A stretch of 64,000 nucleotides of DNA from Eledone cirrhosa (GCA_964016885.1 OZ024749.1:54126001-54190000); one strand, 5' to 3'. Counted from the first letter of the stretch, positions 15,198 to 29,797 are shown. A program made the numbers and translations. Notes: generated from the sequence alone by a model not told the origin.

Positions 15198-15795
15198 CAT
15201 ACACAGAAACATACACACATAAACACATACCCACACACAATTGTATTGTTATCTACAATTGACCAAATGGTTTTATGTATTTAGTGAAAACTGAACTTAA
15301 AGCTAGACAATTATAGAGAATGGTCAACCAAAACAAGCATGATCATAGCAGAGATCAATAGCTAACTGGAATAATCAATGTATCTAGTAGAACCGATCAT
15401 AATATTTACATACACCTGATCAATATCTAAAGAACCGTTCAAGCAGTAAATTGTATTACAGTCATTTTTCACTCAGATAACTTAATGCCCAACATTCATT
15501 GACTCTTTTCCAAATTGGTGCTGGTGCAAATGATAATAAAAATAATTTGTAGGAAAATGGGGAAAACTCAGCGTAAGGAAGCTGTTAAAACAGAAAAATG
15601 CCATTGGTTGGGTAAAATATTACCTCTTCAAGCTAACTCACTTCTAGTCGCTGGTTTCTGTCTTTTGAGTTAATCAAAAGAGTTAATCCTTTCATGACAA
15701 CATTTTTTAATGAGATACACTCTATTTCAATTAATTGATGAAGAATTTGGGGAGATTTACTAAAATTATTAATTATTTCATTATTAAGATAGATA

Positions 15796-15986
15796 GGGGT
15801 GGTGGATTGGCAGTATTGGTAGAGGGTCGGATGCCATGATTTGCAGCATAGAGTTACGGCCCTTGCCATTCTGAGTTCAAATCCTGCCGAAGTTAACTTT
15901 GCCTTTCATCCTTACAGGGTTGATAAAATAAAGTACCAGTAATGCAATGGGTAATTGCTGGCCTTGTGCCAAAAGTAGAAACAATT
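15796..15986 (+). mobile_element. tRNA-derived SINE (Nin/Deu-like core)
   Basis: Full-length copy with A/B-box-like motifs. Confidence 0.8.
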
Positions 15987-16744
15987 ATTAAGATAGTCAT
16001 TTAAAATATGGTTTTTAACACATAAAATTATGTTGAAAGATATTAATTTAAATACGGTAGCTTTAAAATGGTCAGTTTTGTTTAATAGAACTAGAACTGG
16101 TTTTCACTGGTTTGGTATCAATGACCTTGCTGGGATTTGAACTCAGAATGTAAAAAGCCAAAACAAATATTACATTGGTATTTTATCTGATGGTCTACCA
16201 ATTCTGTGAATCTCCCACGTTTACTGGAACTGCATGCCATTTTTCTCTTACATTCTGACAACACTGCCAATTCTTTATAATAAAATGGTGGTTGTGGCCG
16301 TTGGTGGAGAGGAGTGGTGCTGTTTTGGAGAGCCATTCCCAAAATTACAAATTTTGATATAGCAAATTCACTTATACAAACCTAGAGAGAGAGAGAGACA
16401 GAAAATAATCTGAAGATTCGAGTAAGATACTCTTATTATGAAAACAAGAAACTATTAACTATATAACATTTTCCCCCAAAAGACTGTCTATTGGTATTTA
16501 AAGAGGAAACAGATAACATTTCACTATAATTACTATTGTATTTTTACAGAAAAGGCTTTATCTCACATGATATCGAATCTATGAGATTTTGTTATCATTT
16601 ATTTTAAGAACAATACCTTGATGTCGGTATAAGCAGCTGGTTAAGACCAGTTTGAACAAAAAATAGGTGAGCAAATTCTGGCCAGAGATGTCCGGTTTAA
16701 ATGCTAAAATGTTAACAAGGAAACAGATATCTACAACAATTTAA

Positions 16745-16965
16745 CCCTTTAGCGTTTACATTACTCTACATATACTATTGTAGTTTTGTGTTAAAGGCTT
16801 TATCTTACATAATTATCTCACATAATGTCGAATCTATGAGATTTTGATGTTATTTATTTTGAGAACAATACCTTAACGTCAGTATGAGCAGCCATTTATG
16901 GCCAGTTTTAACAGAAAGAGGTGAGAGAATTCTGGCCGAATATAGCTGGTTTAAATGCTAAAGGA
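16745..16965. mobile_element. piggyBac-type MITE
   Basis: TTAA on both sides, ccctttagc...gctaaagga termini; an older copy lies at ~16510-16715. Confidence 0.75.
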
Positions 16966-18024
16966 TTAAGGAAGATACTTATTATGAAAACAAAAAACTA
17001 GCAACCATTAAACATTTTTCACCAAAAGACTCTGCCTATTGATATTTAAAGAGGAAACATATCTAATCTAAAGGAGAATCAGTGATATATTATATTATAT
17101 TATACAATATTACATTATATTATATTGTATTATACGATATTATAATATACAATATTATATTATATTATATTATATTATATTATATTATATTAGTAATGAA
17201 TATTGAACCTAGACAGGATTTCATTGCTTAAAAGTAAGAAGACACAAACAGTATCCAAGGCAACATTCATTGGAATAAAATATATCTTAACGTAGATAAT
17301 GGGATTCCTGGACGTAGGAATAAACAGCCAACTAAAAAACCTCCCACCTTCTGGCAGGAGTCGTAGACAGCCAAATAGAGAAGCAAGGTTGTTTTTAGTG
17401 TCTTATCAAAGATTTCTGTCTATTTTCCTTTTTACTTTTGTTTTCCACATCAGGTTTTATCAAACAATAATTTGGTTTTTATTTCATTTTGTATTTTATT
17501 TTTTATTTTTTTCCTAAAAAGATCTGAAGAATGTGAAAATGCTAAAAACTTGTTGGTGCCAACTGTATGGGTATTTCTGTCTGTGTAAACTTCAAATGCT
17601 TGTTATGACGAGAAAGTTATGAGGATGGTGGTGATGGTGGTGATGGTGGTGACGACGATGAAGATGGGGATGGGGATGAGGATGGTGTTGGTATAAGCAG
17701 CTGATGTCACTGATTATGATATTCAAAATAAATCCTAGAGATGATAAAAACCTTCAAATATCATCTAAAAGGAACGAAAAACAAACAATATTTGAATAAT
17801 AATAATAATTATTATTATTATTTCTTAATAATAATAATAATAATAATAATGCTTTCTTTATTAACCACAAGGGTTTACATAAAGTAGACATTAAGGACAG
17901 TACAGGACAATACAGTCGGTACAAATGGGCATTTCTGCGTGTAAAAAACAAGAAACAGAGGATGTAATAATAGAACAATGAAAAAATTCCCCAATATAAT
18001 AATAATAATAACAATAATAATAAT

Positions 18025-18352
18025 TTCGACACGAGAGTGCAAGAGAAGGAGAGGGAGAAAATTAACCGATACCAGGACTTAAAGTGAGAGGTAAAAAGGA
18101 TTTGGAACTGCCATGAAGTCAAAGTGTTCCCGATTGTCATAGGCGCACTAGGTACTATCTTAAAAAGTTTCCAGGGATGGTTAAAGAAAATTGGCCCCGC
18201 CTCGCTTTTTGAAACGCTTTAAAGGGCATGCTTGCTGGGAACAGCAAGAACCCTCCGATACGTCCTGAATATCTGAGGCTGCAGGTAGTGGCTTGATATT
18301 CATTTCAACAAACTTTCCAGTTAACTAACATCAATGACTGAGACTCAAAGAA
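18025..18352 (+). mobile_element. R4/Dong-like non-LTR retrotransposon 3' end (restriction-like endonuclease C-terminus) in (TAA)n
   Basis: DTRVQEKEREKINRYQDLK*EVKRIWNCHEVKVFPIVIGALGTI...L*RACLLGTARTLRYVL with two stops; flanked by (TAA)n on both sides. Confidence 0.8.
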
Positions 18353-19469
18353 CAATAATAATAATAATAATAATTATCACATGGCTCACATATAAACACA
18401 CATAGATAACAGTGTGTGATCTGTTACACAGTCACAAGGATTTGTGCACATGTGTGTGTACAATATGTATATATATATATATGTATGTGTGTGTGTATGT
18501 ATGTGTATGTAGCATGCATGTGTATGTATATATATGCATGTGTATGTAGCATGCATGTGTGTATATATATGCATGTGAATGTAGCATGCATGTGTGTGTA
18601 TATATATATGCATGTGTATGTATACATACATACGTGTGAGTTATCGTCATCACATCCCATAATCTCAAGGTTATTCAAGCATTGCACATGATAACTAAAA
18701 ACAACAAAACATAATATTTCTCCACACAGTTCTTTTGTTAACATATAACTATATTCCTGCTTTATAATCAGGAGCAGATTGTGCCATTAACCTAGGGCAA
18801 TGCCTGGGTTTGTCAGATAAGACAAAAGCACCATCACCATGATGGTTTTGAAGTCATTATAATTTCAATGTCTTTAGGCCCAACCTATCTGTCACCAGTA
18901 ATAATACAAGTTGTTTGTCACTTGCTAGAACTAACTCATTACTATTATTGTCCTTAACTCTTTCAATATCATATTTCTTATAAAAGACACTGCCATGATT
19001 TCCAAATAATTTTAAAAGAAAAAAATGCTGAGGTGGTAACAGCAACAAAAGCTCAAACTCTGAACTAGTTTTTCTTTTATTATAGTCTTCTGACAAAGTT
19101 TTTGTGACATGAAATATTAGGAGAGGTAAATAAAATAACAAGTGACACACCAACAACTTTGTTGCCTTCAATTTATTCCAAAATCTACCATCTATTTTGT
19201 GTTGTCACAGCCATATTGTACTACATTATACACTAACATGTTGCTTCAAGCAAACTACAACAACATCTTTAAAATGATAAAGAATATGAAGGGATTTAGT
19301 AAAATAACTAAGTTATGGAGTGTAACTTAAAAGTTCTTATATAGAATTATGATTAGTCTTTAAAATAAACAGATTTATATCATGGAACCAGGGGTAGGTA
19401 TTTGGTAGTTTGGTATCAAAACTAGTGGAATTTTTTCAAAGAAAAAATTAGTGTTGTGATTTATTTCTT

Positions 19470-19632
19470 CTTCTTCGATGCCCACTTATTCCTGAGGGGG
19501 TTATGAGGGCAGAGTCCTCAAACACTCCTTCCAGCAGGTCCTGTCTGAAGCAACCATCTCCAATTGATCCTGCTGGATCTCCAAGTGAGACCAGTTGAGC
19601 TCATGGATGTTATCCAACCATCTTGCTCCAGG
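19470..19632 (-). mobile_element. RTE-type LINE 3' fragment (third family; relatives at ~34010-34130 and ~62855-63025)
   Basis: PGARWLDNIHELNWSHLEIQQDQLEMVASDRTCWKECLRTLP on the minus strand, followed by a (GAA)n tail. Confidence 0.65.
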
Positions 19633-20257
19633 TTATATAAAAACTTATTTATTGTTTTTTAATAAAAATATTCACCATGCTGAAATGAAAGCAAGAAAGA
19701 ACATTACTGTAGAAATGTGAAGAAAGAACTTATTTGTAAGAGGATGTTGAGCTATGTTTCTGATCCAGGTATTGAGTACTTTTGGATTATTCAAAAAATT
19801 AGACTACAGTAGGTATTCCAGCCTCGATGTTTGTAATGGACCTGTAACTCCTGATTGGGTTGTAGAGATGCCATTTGTGACATACAGCATTTCTTGGTCA
19901 CTTTTAAAGTTGGTGGAGCTTGTCCCATCCCCAGGTCTGAATACAGCTGATTCCTTGATATATATATATATAAAGACAGAGAGAGAAGGGGGTGGGGAGT
20001 TAGTGAGAAAGATATATAGAAGAAGAATCAACCCCAGTACTAACTAGACTGGTAATTGTTTTATCAACCTTGAAAGGATGAAAGTCAAAGTTGACCTCGG
20101 CATGATTTGAACTGAGAGAGTAGAGAACCAGAACAAATACCACAAAGCATTCTATCTGATGTTCTAATGACTTTTCACACACATTACACACACATTCACA
20201 TTCACATTACACACACATACTCACTCATTACACATACATTTGAACACAAACACACAT

Positions 20258-20289
<32 letters not shown>

Positions 20290-21483
20290 CCATTTATCTA
20301 TGTGAGTTTCCGACATCAAAGCTAATGTTATTAAAAACACACAAAACACAGAAAAGACATAAAACACCAGAGTGAGTTCTGTTATTTTTCTACCAGCTTC
20401 CTGTTTCTCTTTTCCTAAATTCTAAAAATGATTTTCTTTCTAACTCTACTGATCATATCAAAAGTAGTTTTCTCTATTTCTCTATTTTCAACAAGTTTTA
20501 TCAAAGGTTTGTATTTCAAACTTTGAAAGTGTGAATGTTATATATGTGTGTGTATGAGTGTGTATGAGTGTGTATGAGTGTATATATGTATGTGTGGGTG
20601 GGTGCGGAATGGGGTGGCATGGGGAGGGGGGAGAAAGAAAGGGGAGGGAGTGGGATCTATTTAATCTGATGTGATGGTGTTTTCCTCTTTTGAAAACTGG
20701 CAGCGAAATATCTAGCTGCTAAATATAATAGCATATATATACTATTGTTATGTATAACAATAGTATATATATACTGTTGCATATAACAATAGTATATATA
20801 TACTGTTGCATATAACAATAGTATACATATATACTGTTGTATAGAACAATAGTATATATACACACTGTTATAATAGTGGTATATATACATGTTATATATA
20901 ACAATTGTATATATACATGTTATATACAACAATTGTATATATACACTGTTATATATAGCAATAGAATATATACACTGTTATATATAGCAATAGAATATAT
21001 ACACTGTTATATATAGCAATAGAATATATACACTGTTATATATAACAATAGTTAAAGTAGTTAGTTCAGTTGTTAGTGGTTATAGTGTCGGCTCAATCAT
21101 GTGGTTGGGAGTTCAATTCCCAGAATGGTGAGCAAGACACTTTACTTCATGTTATGTCGTTCCAGTTCACTCAACTAGAAAAATATGGACTATCAGCTTT
21201 TACCTTTGTCTTGGATAGCATCAGTGGTGTGGGGAGAGGAAACTGGTATGTAGGGGACAACTGTTGGTCTGCCACAAAAACACCTTGCCCAGACTTGTAT
21301 CTCAGAGGGAACTCTCTAGGTACAAACCCCTTGCCATTCCTGATTGAAGGTTGTGAGGAAAGGTGTCTTATGATTCAACAGCAATATGCTATATATAAGC
21401 GAATGAAGGAACCTTGATGCAGTTGGTTAACATCCTAGAAAGAACAGCTAAATCTTCCCTCAAATTACACCAATGCATCTTAA

Positions 21484-21704
21484 CCCTTTAACATTTACAT
21501 TACTCTATATATACTGTACTATTTTCACTGTAAAGGCTTTACCTCACATAATTATCTCACATAATATCGAATCTATGAGATTTTGATGTTATTTATTTTT
21601 AGAACAATACCTTAATGTCAGTATGAGCGGCCAGTTAGAGGCAGTTTGAACAGAAAGAGGTGACAAAATTGTGGCCGTATCCAGCCGGTTTAAATGCTAA
21701 AGGG
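21484..21704. mobile_element. piggyBac-type MITE
   Basis: TTAA TSD (21480-83, 21705-08), CCCTTTA...TAAAGGG termini; same family as 16745..16965. Confidence 0.8.
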
Positions 21705-22011
21705 TTAACTCTTGGTGATGATGATGATGATGATGATGATGATAATCCTAAGGATGATGATGATGATGGTGTAAAACTAACTCCAGTCGAGGAGTAACTC
21801 AGTTATGTTCAAGTATAAAACACACTTTCCTCAGTAATAAAACAAACAAAATTAATCTAAATGAAAAGAAATGAAACTCCAACAGCAGCTGAACTGACAA
21901 ATACTATTAATTAAATAACTAATGAATTATAATTTTAAACAATTAATTTCTTTCTTACCATAATTGGAATATAAAAAGCTAAATATTTTCTGTCTCATTT
22001 CTCGTTTTGGA

Positions 22012-22270
22012 AACACATGGCCAAATGGTTAGGGTGTTTGACGTATGATTGAAAGGTCGTCAGTTTGATTCCTGCATTGTGTTCTTGAGCAAAACACTTT
22101 ATTTCATGTTGCTCCAGTACACTCAACTGAGAATGAGTACCAACAGTAACTGGAGAGTTAATCCTGCGATAGACGGGCATCCTATCCAGTGAGAGTCTTG
22201 TACTCTCAGTCGCTAAGGGCCAATGAAACCAGGGATAAGCACCGACTTGAAGAACCTTCAGCTTAGAACA
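22012..22270 (+). mobile_element. Second tRNA-derived SINE family (V-domain-like core)
   Basis: tggccaaatggttagg head, cttgagcaaaacactt, cctgcgatagacgggcatcctatccag...gaaaccagggataagc; relatives at ~4552-4695, 14880-15120, 44872-45120. Confidence 0.65.
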
Positions 22271-23330
22271 GATTTTAGACTTTAAACACATTTATCGATA
22301 TATTAATTGAATCTTGTTACATTAACTATGAAAATTAAACAAGATTTCTCCATTTAAAATCTCCAGCTGCGATGTTTTAATAATTGGAAAGAGAAAAAAC
22401 ATCTAGCTGTAGAAACCAAGCCAGAAACAGTTTTGTGTGAACAAGGCCTGGTCACCTGATCTTACTTGTCTCACAATGGAAGGACAACTAGTCTAACCCA
22501 TGCTAGCAATGATGATGGTGATGATACGATGATGATGATGGTAATGATAATGATGGTAATGATGATGATGGTAATGATGAAGAACTAGGGAGAGAAACTA
22601 TGTTTTCTGTGAAACAATATCCACTTCTAAAGAAAACAAAAAAGTCACATGATTTATAAAGTATCAAACTAGATATGAATATCTAGACAAACAATAAAGA
22701 ATTTGTGTTCTGTGGTTGGTTATTGGGTGTTTACAGCCATAGAATGGGTTGGGGGAGGGCTCTTAAATTGAATTCTTCCTATAAAAGAGTAAAAGAGCTG
22801 GGTTTCTAATAAACAAACACAATTCTATCAATGGAATTTTGCAAATAACAACAGAAAAGTGTTTGTATTTAATAAGACAGTATCTTTCATTAGAAATATG
22901 GTAATGAAAGAGTTAAATATTAAATTAATTTATATTTATTGGGTACTAGTGAGCATGTGTGTACATGTGTGTATGTGTGTATGTGTGAGGTGGGGTGCCA
23001 TTCCTCTGTAACACTTAGGTCACTTCAAATGACACATGTCACTTTGAAACAAAGTCAGTTTAAAGCCAAAAAGTCAAGTATGACAATGGTGTTTTTTTCT
23101 TCCCTTAAAAAAAAAAATCCCATTTTTTTTTTTTTCAAAACTTAAATATATTTACTAAACATAACTACATGTGCTAATAATTCCAACACTAGGGAGGTTA
23201 CTATGTCTTTGACACAACTGAAGGGTCCTCTCAATTCTTTGTTTGGCAAGCTTTCTATTTATGTAAAAACTTTCCATCATAATTTTATATAAGTACCTTT
23301 GTTAAGTTATGTTCTAAACACTAGTTTAAT

Positions 23331-23745
23331 AATTGTTTCTACTTTTGGCACAAGGCCAGCAATTACCCAGTGTATTACTGGTACTTTATTTTATCGACCC
23401 CATAAGGATGAAAGGCAAATTTAACCTCGGCGAGATTTGAACTCAGAATGGCAAGGGCCGGAACTCTATGCATCAAAGCATGGCGTCCGACCCTCTACCG
23501 ATACTGCCAATACACTAGATTAAGAAGGATTTCTGATTTAGGTACAATCCAACAATATTTTTGGGGAAAGTGAAAGTTGATTAAATCAACTCCAGTGCAT
23601 TACTGGTACTTTATTTTATTGATCCTGTAAAGATGAAAAGCAAAGCTAATCTTGGCGAGATTTGAACTCAGAACATAAAGGGCCATAACTACATGCCACA
23701 AAACATGATATCCGACACACTACTGGTACTACCAATCTACTGCTT
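23331..23745 (-). mobile_element. Two tandem SINE copies (Nin/Deu-like core)
   Basis: 23331-23512 and ~23528-23745, both reverse; a forward copy follows at ~23908-24065. Confidence 0.75.
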
Positions 23746-25090
23746 TTAATAGCATTCACACAAGCTTAGTAATGAGGAAATTAATTCTTGATTATTTTCA
23801 AAATCATTAGAAAATCAGAGGTAGTCATCATCATCATCATCAACGTTTAACGTCCGTGTTCCACGCTTGCATAGTATTGTTGATTAGATAGATGGTAATG
23901 AAAGGGTTAGGCAGTGAATTAGTAGAGTTGTTAGAACATCAGATAGAATGATTTGCAGTATTTCGTCTGGCTCTCTGAGTTCAAATCATGCCGAGGTCAA
24001 CCCTGCCTTTTGTCCAATCGGGGTCAATAAAAAAAAAAGTACTAGTCAAGTACTGGGGGTTCGATTCTTCTGTTATCTCTCTTTCTCCCTCCCAGTCTCT
24101 CTCCCAGTCTCTCTATCCTTCTCTGGAAGAAACTTGCTGTATTCAGACTTGGAGAGGAGATGAGCTCTAGAAACACCCGTATGTCAATACAACTCCCTCT
24201 GGCGTTATGGGACCATGCAAGGGTTAAAAAGGAAGGAAGGGGGTTAATAGAGTCAGCTACTTAACACTAATAAAGTGCTATCTGTCAGGTTTCTAATAAA
24301 ATGGACAACTAAAATTAGTTTATATCTCGGTTTATAGAGTGTTGGTTAGGTTTTATTTGATAGTGTGTTTGTATGTCTCTGTCTGTGTGTGCGTATGTAA
24401 GTGTATGTAAATGTGTGTATGTGTGTGTGTGTTTGTATGACTATGTTTCAGTATCCGTGAGTATCTTTCTGTGTGCATGTGCATTGTGCATGTGTGTGTA
24501 TGCATGTGTGTGCATGTAAATGTGTGTATGTGTGTGCACGTGTGTATTTGTATGTCTGTGTGTATCTGTGTGTGCATGTGTGTGCCTGCTTGCATGTCTG
24601 TGTTTCAATCTGTGTGTGTGTGTTTGTGTGTTTCACACGTAACCACGTAACCCTTATCTCACTCAAAGTGACACATGACACATTGTTCCAATGTGGGTTT
24701 CAAGCCAAACACCTCAAGTATGTCCCTGTCAAACTCTAAAGATGCACACTTCATTCTGAAGGACCTTTTGTGCACTTGTTAAAATCTTACAAGATAAAAC
24801 TATTATTTTAAAGAATTTCCCTCCCCTTTAAATTGGTTGCTTTATTTGGCTGTCCTCTGATAGGTTTATGGTTAACCCTGTGACTGGAGACTTCCGGCAT
24901 TCTTGCCACCCCCTACCAGATCACATCACTACTCGCCAATATCAGTGGGGTTACCTACCAACAAATGCAAGTGAGTCCCGCTCCTCAAGTGCACAAATTT
25001 TATAGATTACAACTCACATCTCTCGGATTGAGTGCTCTGCCAACTTTCAATATATTTTTTTTTTCTTATAAAATTTAGTACACTATAACA

Positions 25091-25133
<43 letters not shown>

Positions 25134-25136
<3 letters not shown>

Positions 25137-25327
25137 CGAAGGAGTTGTGGTAAGGAACCAGGTGGACCATAACGCACCAGAGTACTCAATACTTAGGGTA
25201 GTAGAGTGGGTAATAGGAGAAAGTATGACCCCGACGGCAGAGCTCAAGTCATTTCGACGGCTATTTCTGAGTCCGCAAATAGCCGTCGAAACGGCTTGAG
25301 CTCTGCCGTCGGGGTCATACTTTCTCC

Positions 25328-25330
<3 letters not shown>
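25134..25330 (-). mobile_element. Family A element with 54-bp-arm fold-back
   Basis: Arms 25213-25266 / 25277-25330; contains tagccgtc-GAAA-cggc(ttgagctct)gccg-TC|gggg; flanked by (TA)n on both sides. Confidence 0.85.
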
Positions 25331-25368
<38 letters not shown>

Positions 25369-25476
25369 GGAAGAGTTAGTTTTGGCAGTTCCTCAGAGGT
25401 ATATCTTCTAATAGTGTTGTTGTGGCCAATGTTCTTCATTACATCACAAAGCGCTCGACTGTAATAGGAGTGTATA

Positions 25477-25523
<47 letters not shown>

Positions 25524-27067
25524 ATATATACCCTTGCAAGCAGGGAAAAGCAGATGTAAAATGAGGATAATGATATATACATGTATATTCTGTGTGAGAG
25601 GTTCTGTGAATATGATGTGTTTCGGTAGAATTCCACAAATATCTGTTGCTTTTCTAACAAGAGGGTTCCAATATCACTTCTGGTCATAAGAACTGCCAGC
25701 CTGGCTTTGGCAAAGAGAAATTTGATTTCACAAACATTCTCTTTCTATGCAAATGGCTACATTAAACACATGCAAACACTAGATTATGAACACACGAACA
25801 CCACACATATACACATACACATACATGCACACATATATATACACACCTACATACAAACACACATACATACACAGACACATACAGACACATACATACACAT
25901 ACAAACACACATACACATATATACTCATACATACACACATACAAATTTATAGATGTGTACATGCACACATATATATATACACACACACAAACATACACAT
26001 AAAAACACACATACACATACATACTCATATATACACACATACATATAAATTTATAAATGTGTACATGCATATACACACATATATATATATATACACACAT
26101 ACATACACACACACATACAAACTTATAGATGTGTAGATGCACACACATATATATACACATACAAATACACATACATACACACACACATACAAACTTATAG
26201 ATGTGTACATGCACACACACACACATATATATATATACACACACACATACATACACATAAAAACACACATACACATACATATTCATACATACACACACAC
26301 ATACAAACTTATAGATGTGTACATGCACACACACATATATATATATATACACACACATACATACACATAAAACACACATACACATACATACACATACATA
26401 CACACACACACAAACATAGATGTGTGCATGCACTTACATACGCTCAAGTGCATAAATAATAGCAAGCAAACATGCGGTAAAAAAATACAAAAAGAAAGAG
26501 GAATAAAAGAGAATAAAATAAAATGAAAAAGAATGACAAAGAAGGAAGGAAAAGGCGGGGGGGAGGTTAGGCTTTATGTGAAAGAGATATAAAGAAGTGC
26601 AGGGTCGATGGGGGGGGGGGAGTATTTATATGAATTCTTGATATGATGTGAACAAATTGGCTGGAGATGGAAAGATGGAAGGCAAAAAATAAATATAGGA
26701 GCGAGGATGGAAGAAAAGGCAAAAATACAAAACAAAAAAAAAAAAACACAAAAAAGATAGAAAAAGGAATTGGGAAGGAAAAATAAAAATTAAATAAAAA
26801 TAAAAATAAAATACTTAAAAAAAAAAAATAAGGGGAAAAAGGGAACCCATAAAATAATAAGGTAGGATATATCGATTCTGACAGAATATAAAATCAGATA
26901 GATTTATACCTATAGCAAATATGGTAGGTTTGGGGGGCTTTTTTTTGTTTGTTTTTTCTTCAATATGTTCCTCATCCTCTCCTCCCCTTTTCTGGTCCGC
27001 CCCCTTCTTCCTCCCCTTCCTCCTTCTCACCCCCTCCTTCCTCCTCCTCATTCCTGGTCCTCCTTCC

Positions 27068-27290
27068 TCGTCATCACCTCCTTCCTCCCCCCCTTCCCGG
27101 TTCTCCCTCGTCATCACCTCCTTCCTCCCCCCTTCCCGGTTCTCCCTCGTCATCACCTCCTTCCTCCCCCCTTCCCGGTTCTCCCTCGTCATCACCTCCT
27201 TCCTCCCCCCTTCCCGGTTCTCCCTCCTTCCTCGTCATCACCTTCCTCCCCCCTTCCCGGTTCTCCCCCCTCCTCCCCCGTTCTCCCCCC
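27068..27290 (+). repeat. 39-bp pyrimidine-rich minisatellite
   Basis: Unit tcgtcatcacctccttcctccccccttcccggttctccc, 3 exact plus degenerate copies. Confidence 0.85.
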
Positions 27291-28284
27291 CCACTCTTCT
27301 CCTTCGTGGTTCCTTAAAACATTCCCCAGGAAGTCTTCTTTATAAAGCAACAGACAAACCATATTTACATGTTGTTGTTGTTGTTAATGATGATGTTGAT
27401 GTTGTTGTTGTTGATGATGATGCTATTATTGTTGATGTTGTTGATGATGATGTCGTTGTTGGTGTTGTTGTTGTTGATGTTACTGTTGTTGATGTTGTTG
27501 ATGGTGCTGCTGTTGGTGTTGTTGTTGATGATGATGTTATTGTTGATGTTGATGATGATGATGTTGATACTACTGTTGTTCTTGATGCTGTTGTTGTTGA
27601 TGATGATGTTGATGTTGTTGTTGTTGTTGTTATGGCAACTCCTGCTGTTGTGGCTGCTCCTAATATTTCCATAACCATTAAATATTTCTAGTTTTTCTTC
27701 TTTTTCTTCTTGGTTCTTTTTTTTTGTGTGTATGTGTGTGTATGTGTGTATGTGTGTGTTTGTGTTTATGTGTGTGTTTGTGTTTTTGTGTGTTTGTGTG
27801 TTTGTGTTTTTGTGTGTGTGTGTGTTTGTGTGTGTGTGTTTCACTCTGTATATGTGTGTGGGGGGACTGAGTGTGTGTGTGTGGTAGTGTATTTATCTGA
27901 GTGTATGTGACTGTGTGTGTAGAACTGTGCATGTGTGTGTATGTGTATGTGCTTATGAGTATGTGTGTATGTGTATAGCTCTGTGAATGTGTAGAACTGT
28001 GCATGTGTGTGTATGTGTGTAAGTGCTTGTCAGTATGTGTGAATGTGTATGTGTATAGCTCTGTGAATGTGTGTGGTCTTTTGTTTTATTTTTTTACTTT
28101 CCTTCCTTTTGTTTTCTTTTTTCAAATATTTTTTTTTCTGCTCAGACATTTCAAAACCCAAGGAAGGTTTCCATAATTTACTTTAATGTTATATTCAAGA
28201 ACACAAGAAACTGTTTCATTGTTTAATGAGATGTTTTAAAGTAGAATATTTAACATAGAAGAGGAAAGATGTCAAACTCCCCCC

Positions 28285-28720
28285 ACCCAACACCCACCAA
28301 ACACCCCAAATACACACCACCAAACACACCCCAAATACACACCACCAAACACACCCCAAACACACCACCAAACACACCCCAAACACACCACCAAACACAC
28401 CCCAAACACACCACCAAACACACCCCAAACACACATCACCAAACACACCACCAAACACACCCCAAACACACCACCAAACACACCCCAAACACACACCACC
28501 AAACACACCCCAAACACACCACCAAACACACCTCAAACACACACCCCAAACACACACCCCAAACACACACCACCAAACACACCCCAAACACACCACCAAA
28601 CACACCCCAAACACACCACCAAACACACCCAAACACACACCCCAAATACAAACCACCAAACACACCCCAAACACACCACCAGACACACACCACCAAACAC
28701 ACACCACCAAACACACCACC
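28285..28720 (+). repeat. C/A-rich minisatellite (ccaaacaca-based 11-13-mers)
   Basis: Alternating caccaaacac/ccccaaacac units. Confidence 0.85.
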
Positions 28721-28798
28721 ATACACTGGTATAAATAACACGAATGTTGTACATTATAAAATCCAGCAGGAAAAGGCAAAAAAAGTCACCTGTAGTTA

Positions 28799-28911
28799 CA
28801 TGAGAAGAGATAGTGTAAAGGGAATGTGTTATATTCCATGAGAAGAGATAGTGTAAAGGGAATGTGTTATATTCCATGAGAAGAGATAGTGTAAAGGGAA
28901 TGTGTTATATT
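28799..28911 (+). repeat. 38-bp tandem x3
   Basis: catgagaagagatagtgtaaagggaatgtgttatattc. Confidence 0.9.
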
Positions 28912-29049
28912 TTATCTGGTAATAAAATCCAATCACATTAATTGTACAGCAGAAATAAATTAATAATAATAATGTAGCATAAAACACTTATTCTTTTTAT
29001 TTTTTTACTGGTTTTCCTCAATATATATACACACACACATATACATGTG

Positions 29050-29229
29050 TGTGTATATATATATATATAATATATATAATATATATATAATATATATATA
29101 TAATATTTATATATATATAATATATATATTATATATATATATATATATAATATATATATATATATAATATATATATTATATATATATATATATATAATAT
29201 ATATATTATATATATATATATATATAATA

Positions 29230-29288
<59 letters not shown>

Positions 29289-29326
29289 ATATAATATATA
29301 TATTATATATATATATATATATAATA

Positions 29327-29404
<78 letters not shown>

Positions 29405-29471
29405 TATATATATATAATATATATATATATATATAATATATATATTATATAATATTTATATATATATAATA

Positions 29472-29509
<38 letters not shown>

Positions 29510-29533
29510 TATTATATATATATATATATAATA

Positions 29534-29605
<72 letters not shown>

Positions 29606-29746
29606 TATTATATATATATATATATATATAATATATATATTATATATATATATATAATATATATATATATATATAATATATATATTATATAATATTTATA
29701 TATATATAATATATATATTATATATATATATATATAATATATATAT

Positions 29747-29788
<42 letters not shown>

Positions 29789-29797
29789 TATTATATA
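29050..29797. repeat. Pure A/T (TA)n tract with TAAT/ATTA phase shifts
   Basis: Directly visible. Confidence 0.97.

Noticed and set aside
17521-17545. CTGAAGA-atgt-GAAA
   Set aside because: No stem II, no stem I complement and no valid stem III.
26921-27691. 256-aa ORF
   Set aside because: Composed of a 39-bp minisatellite plus (GTT/GAT)n; low complexity.
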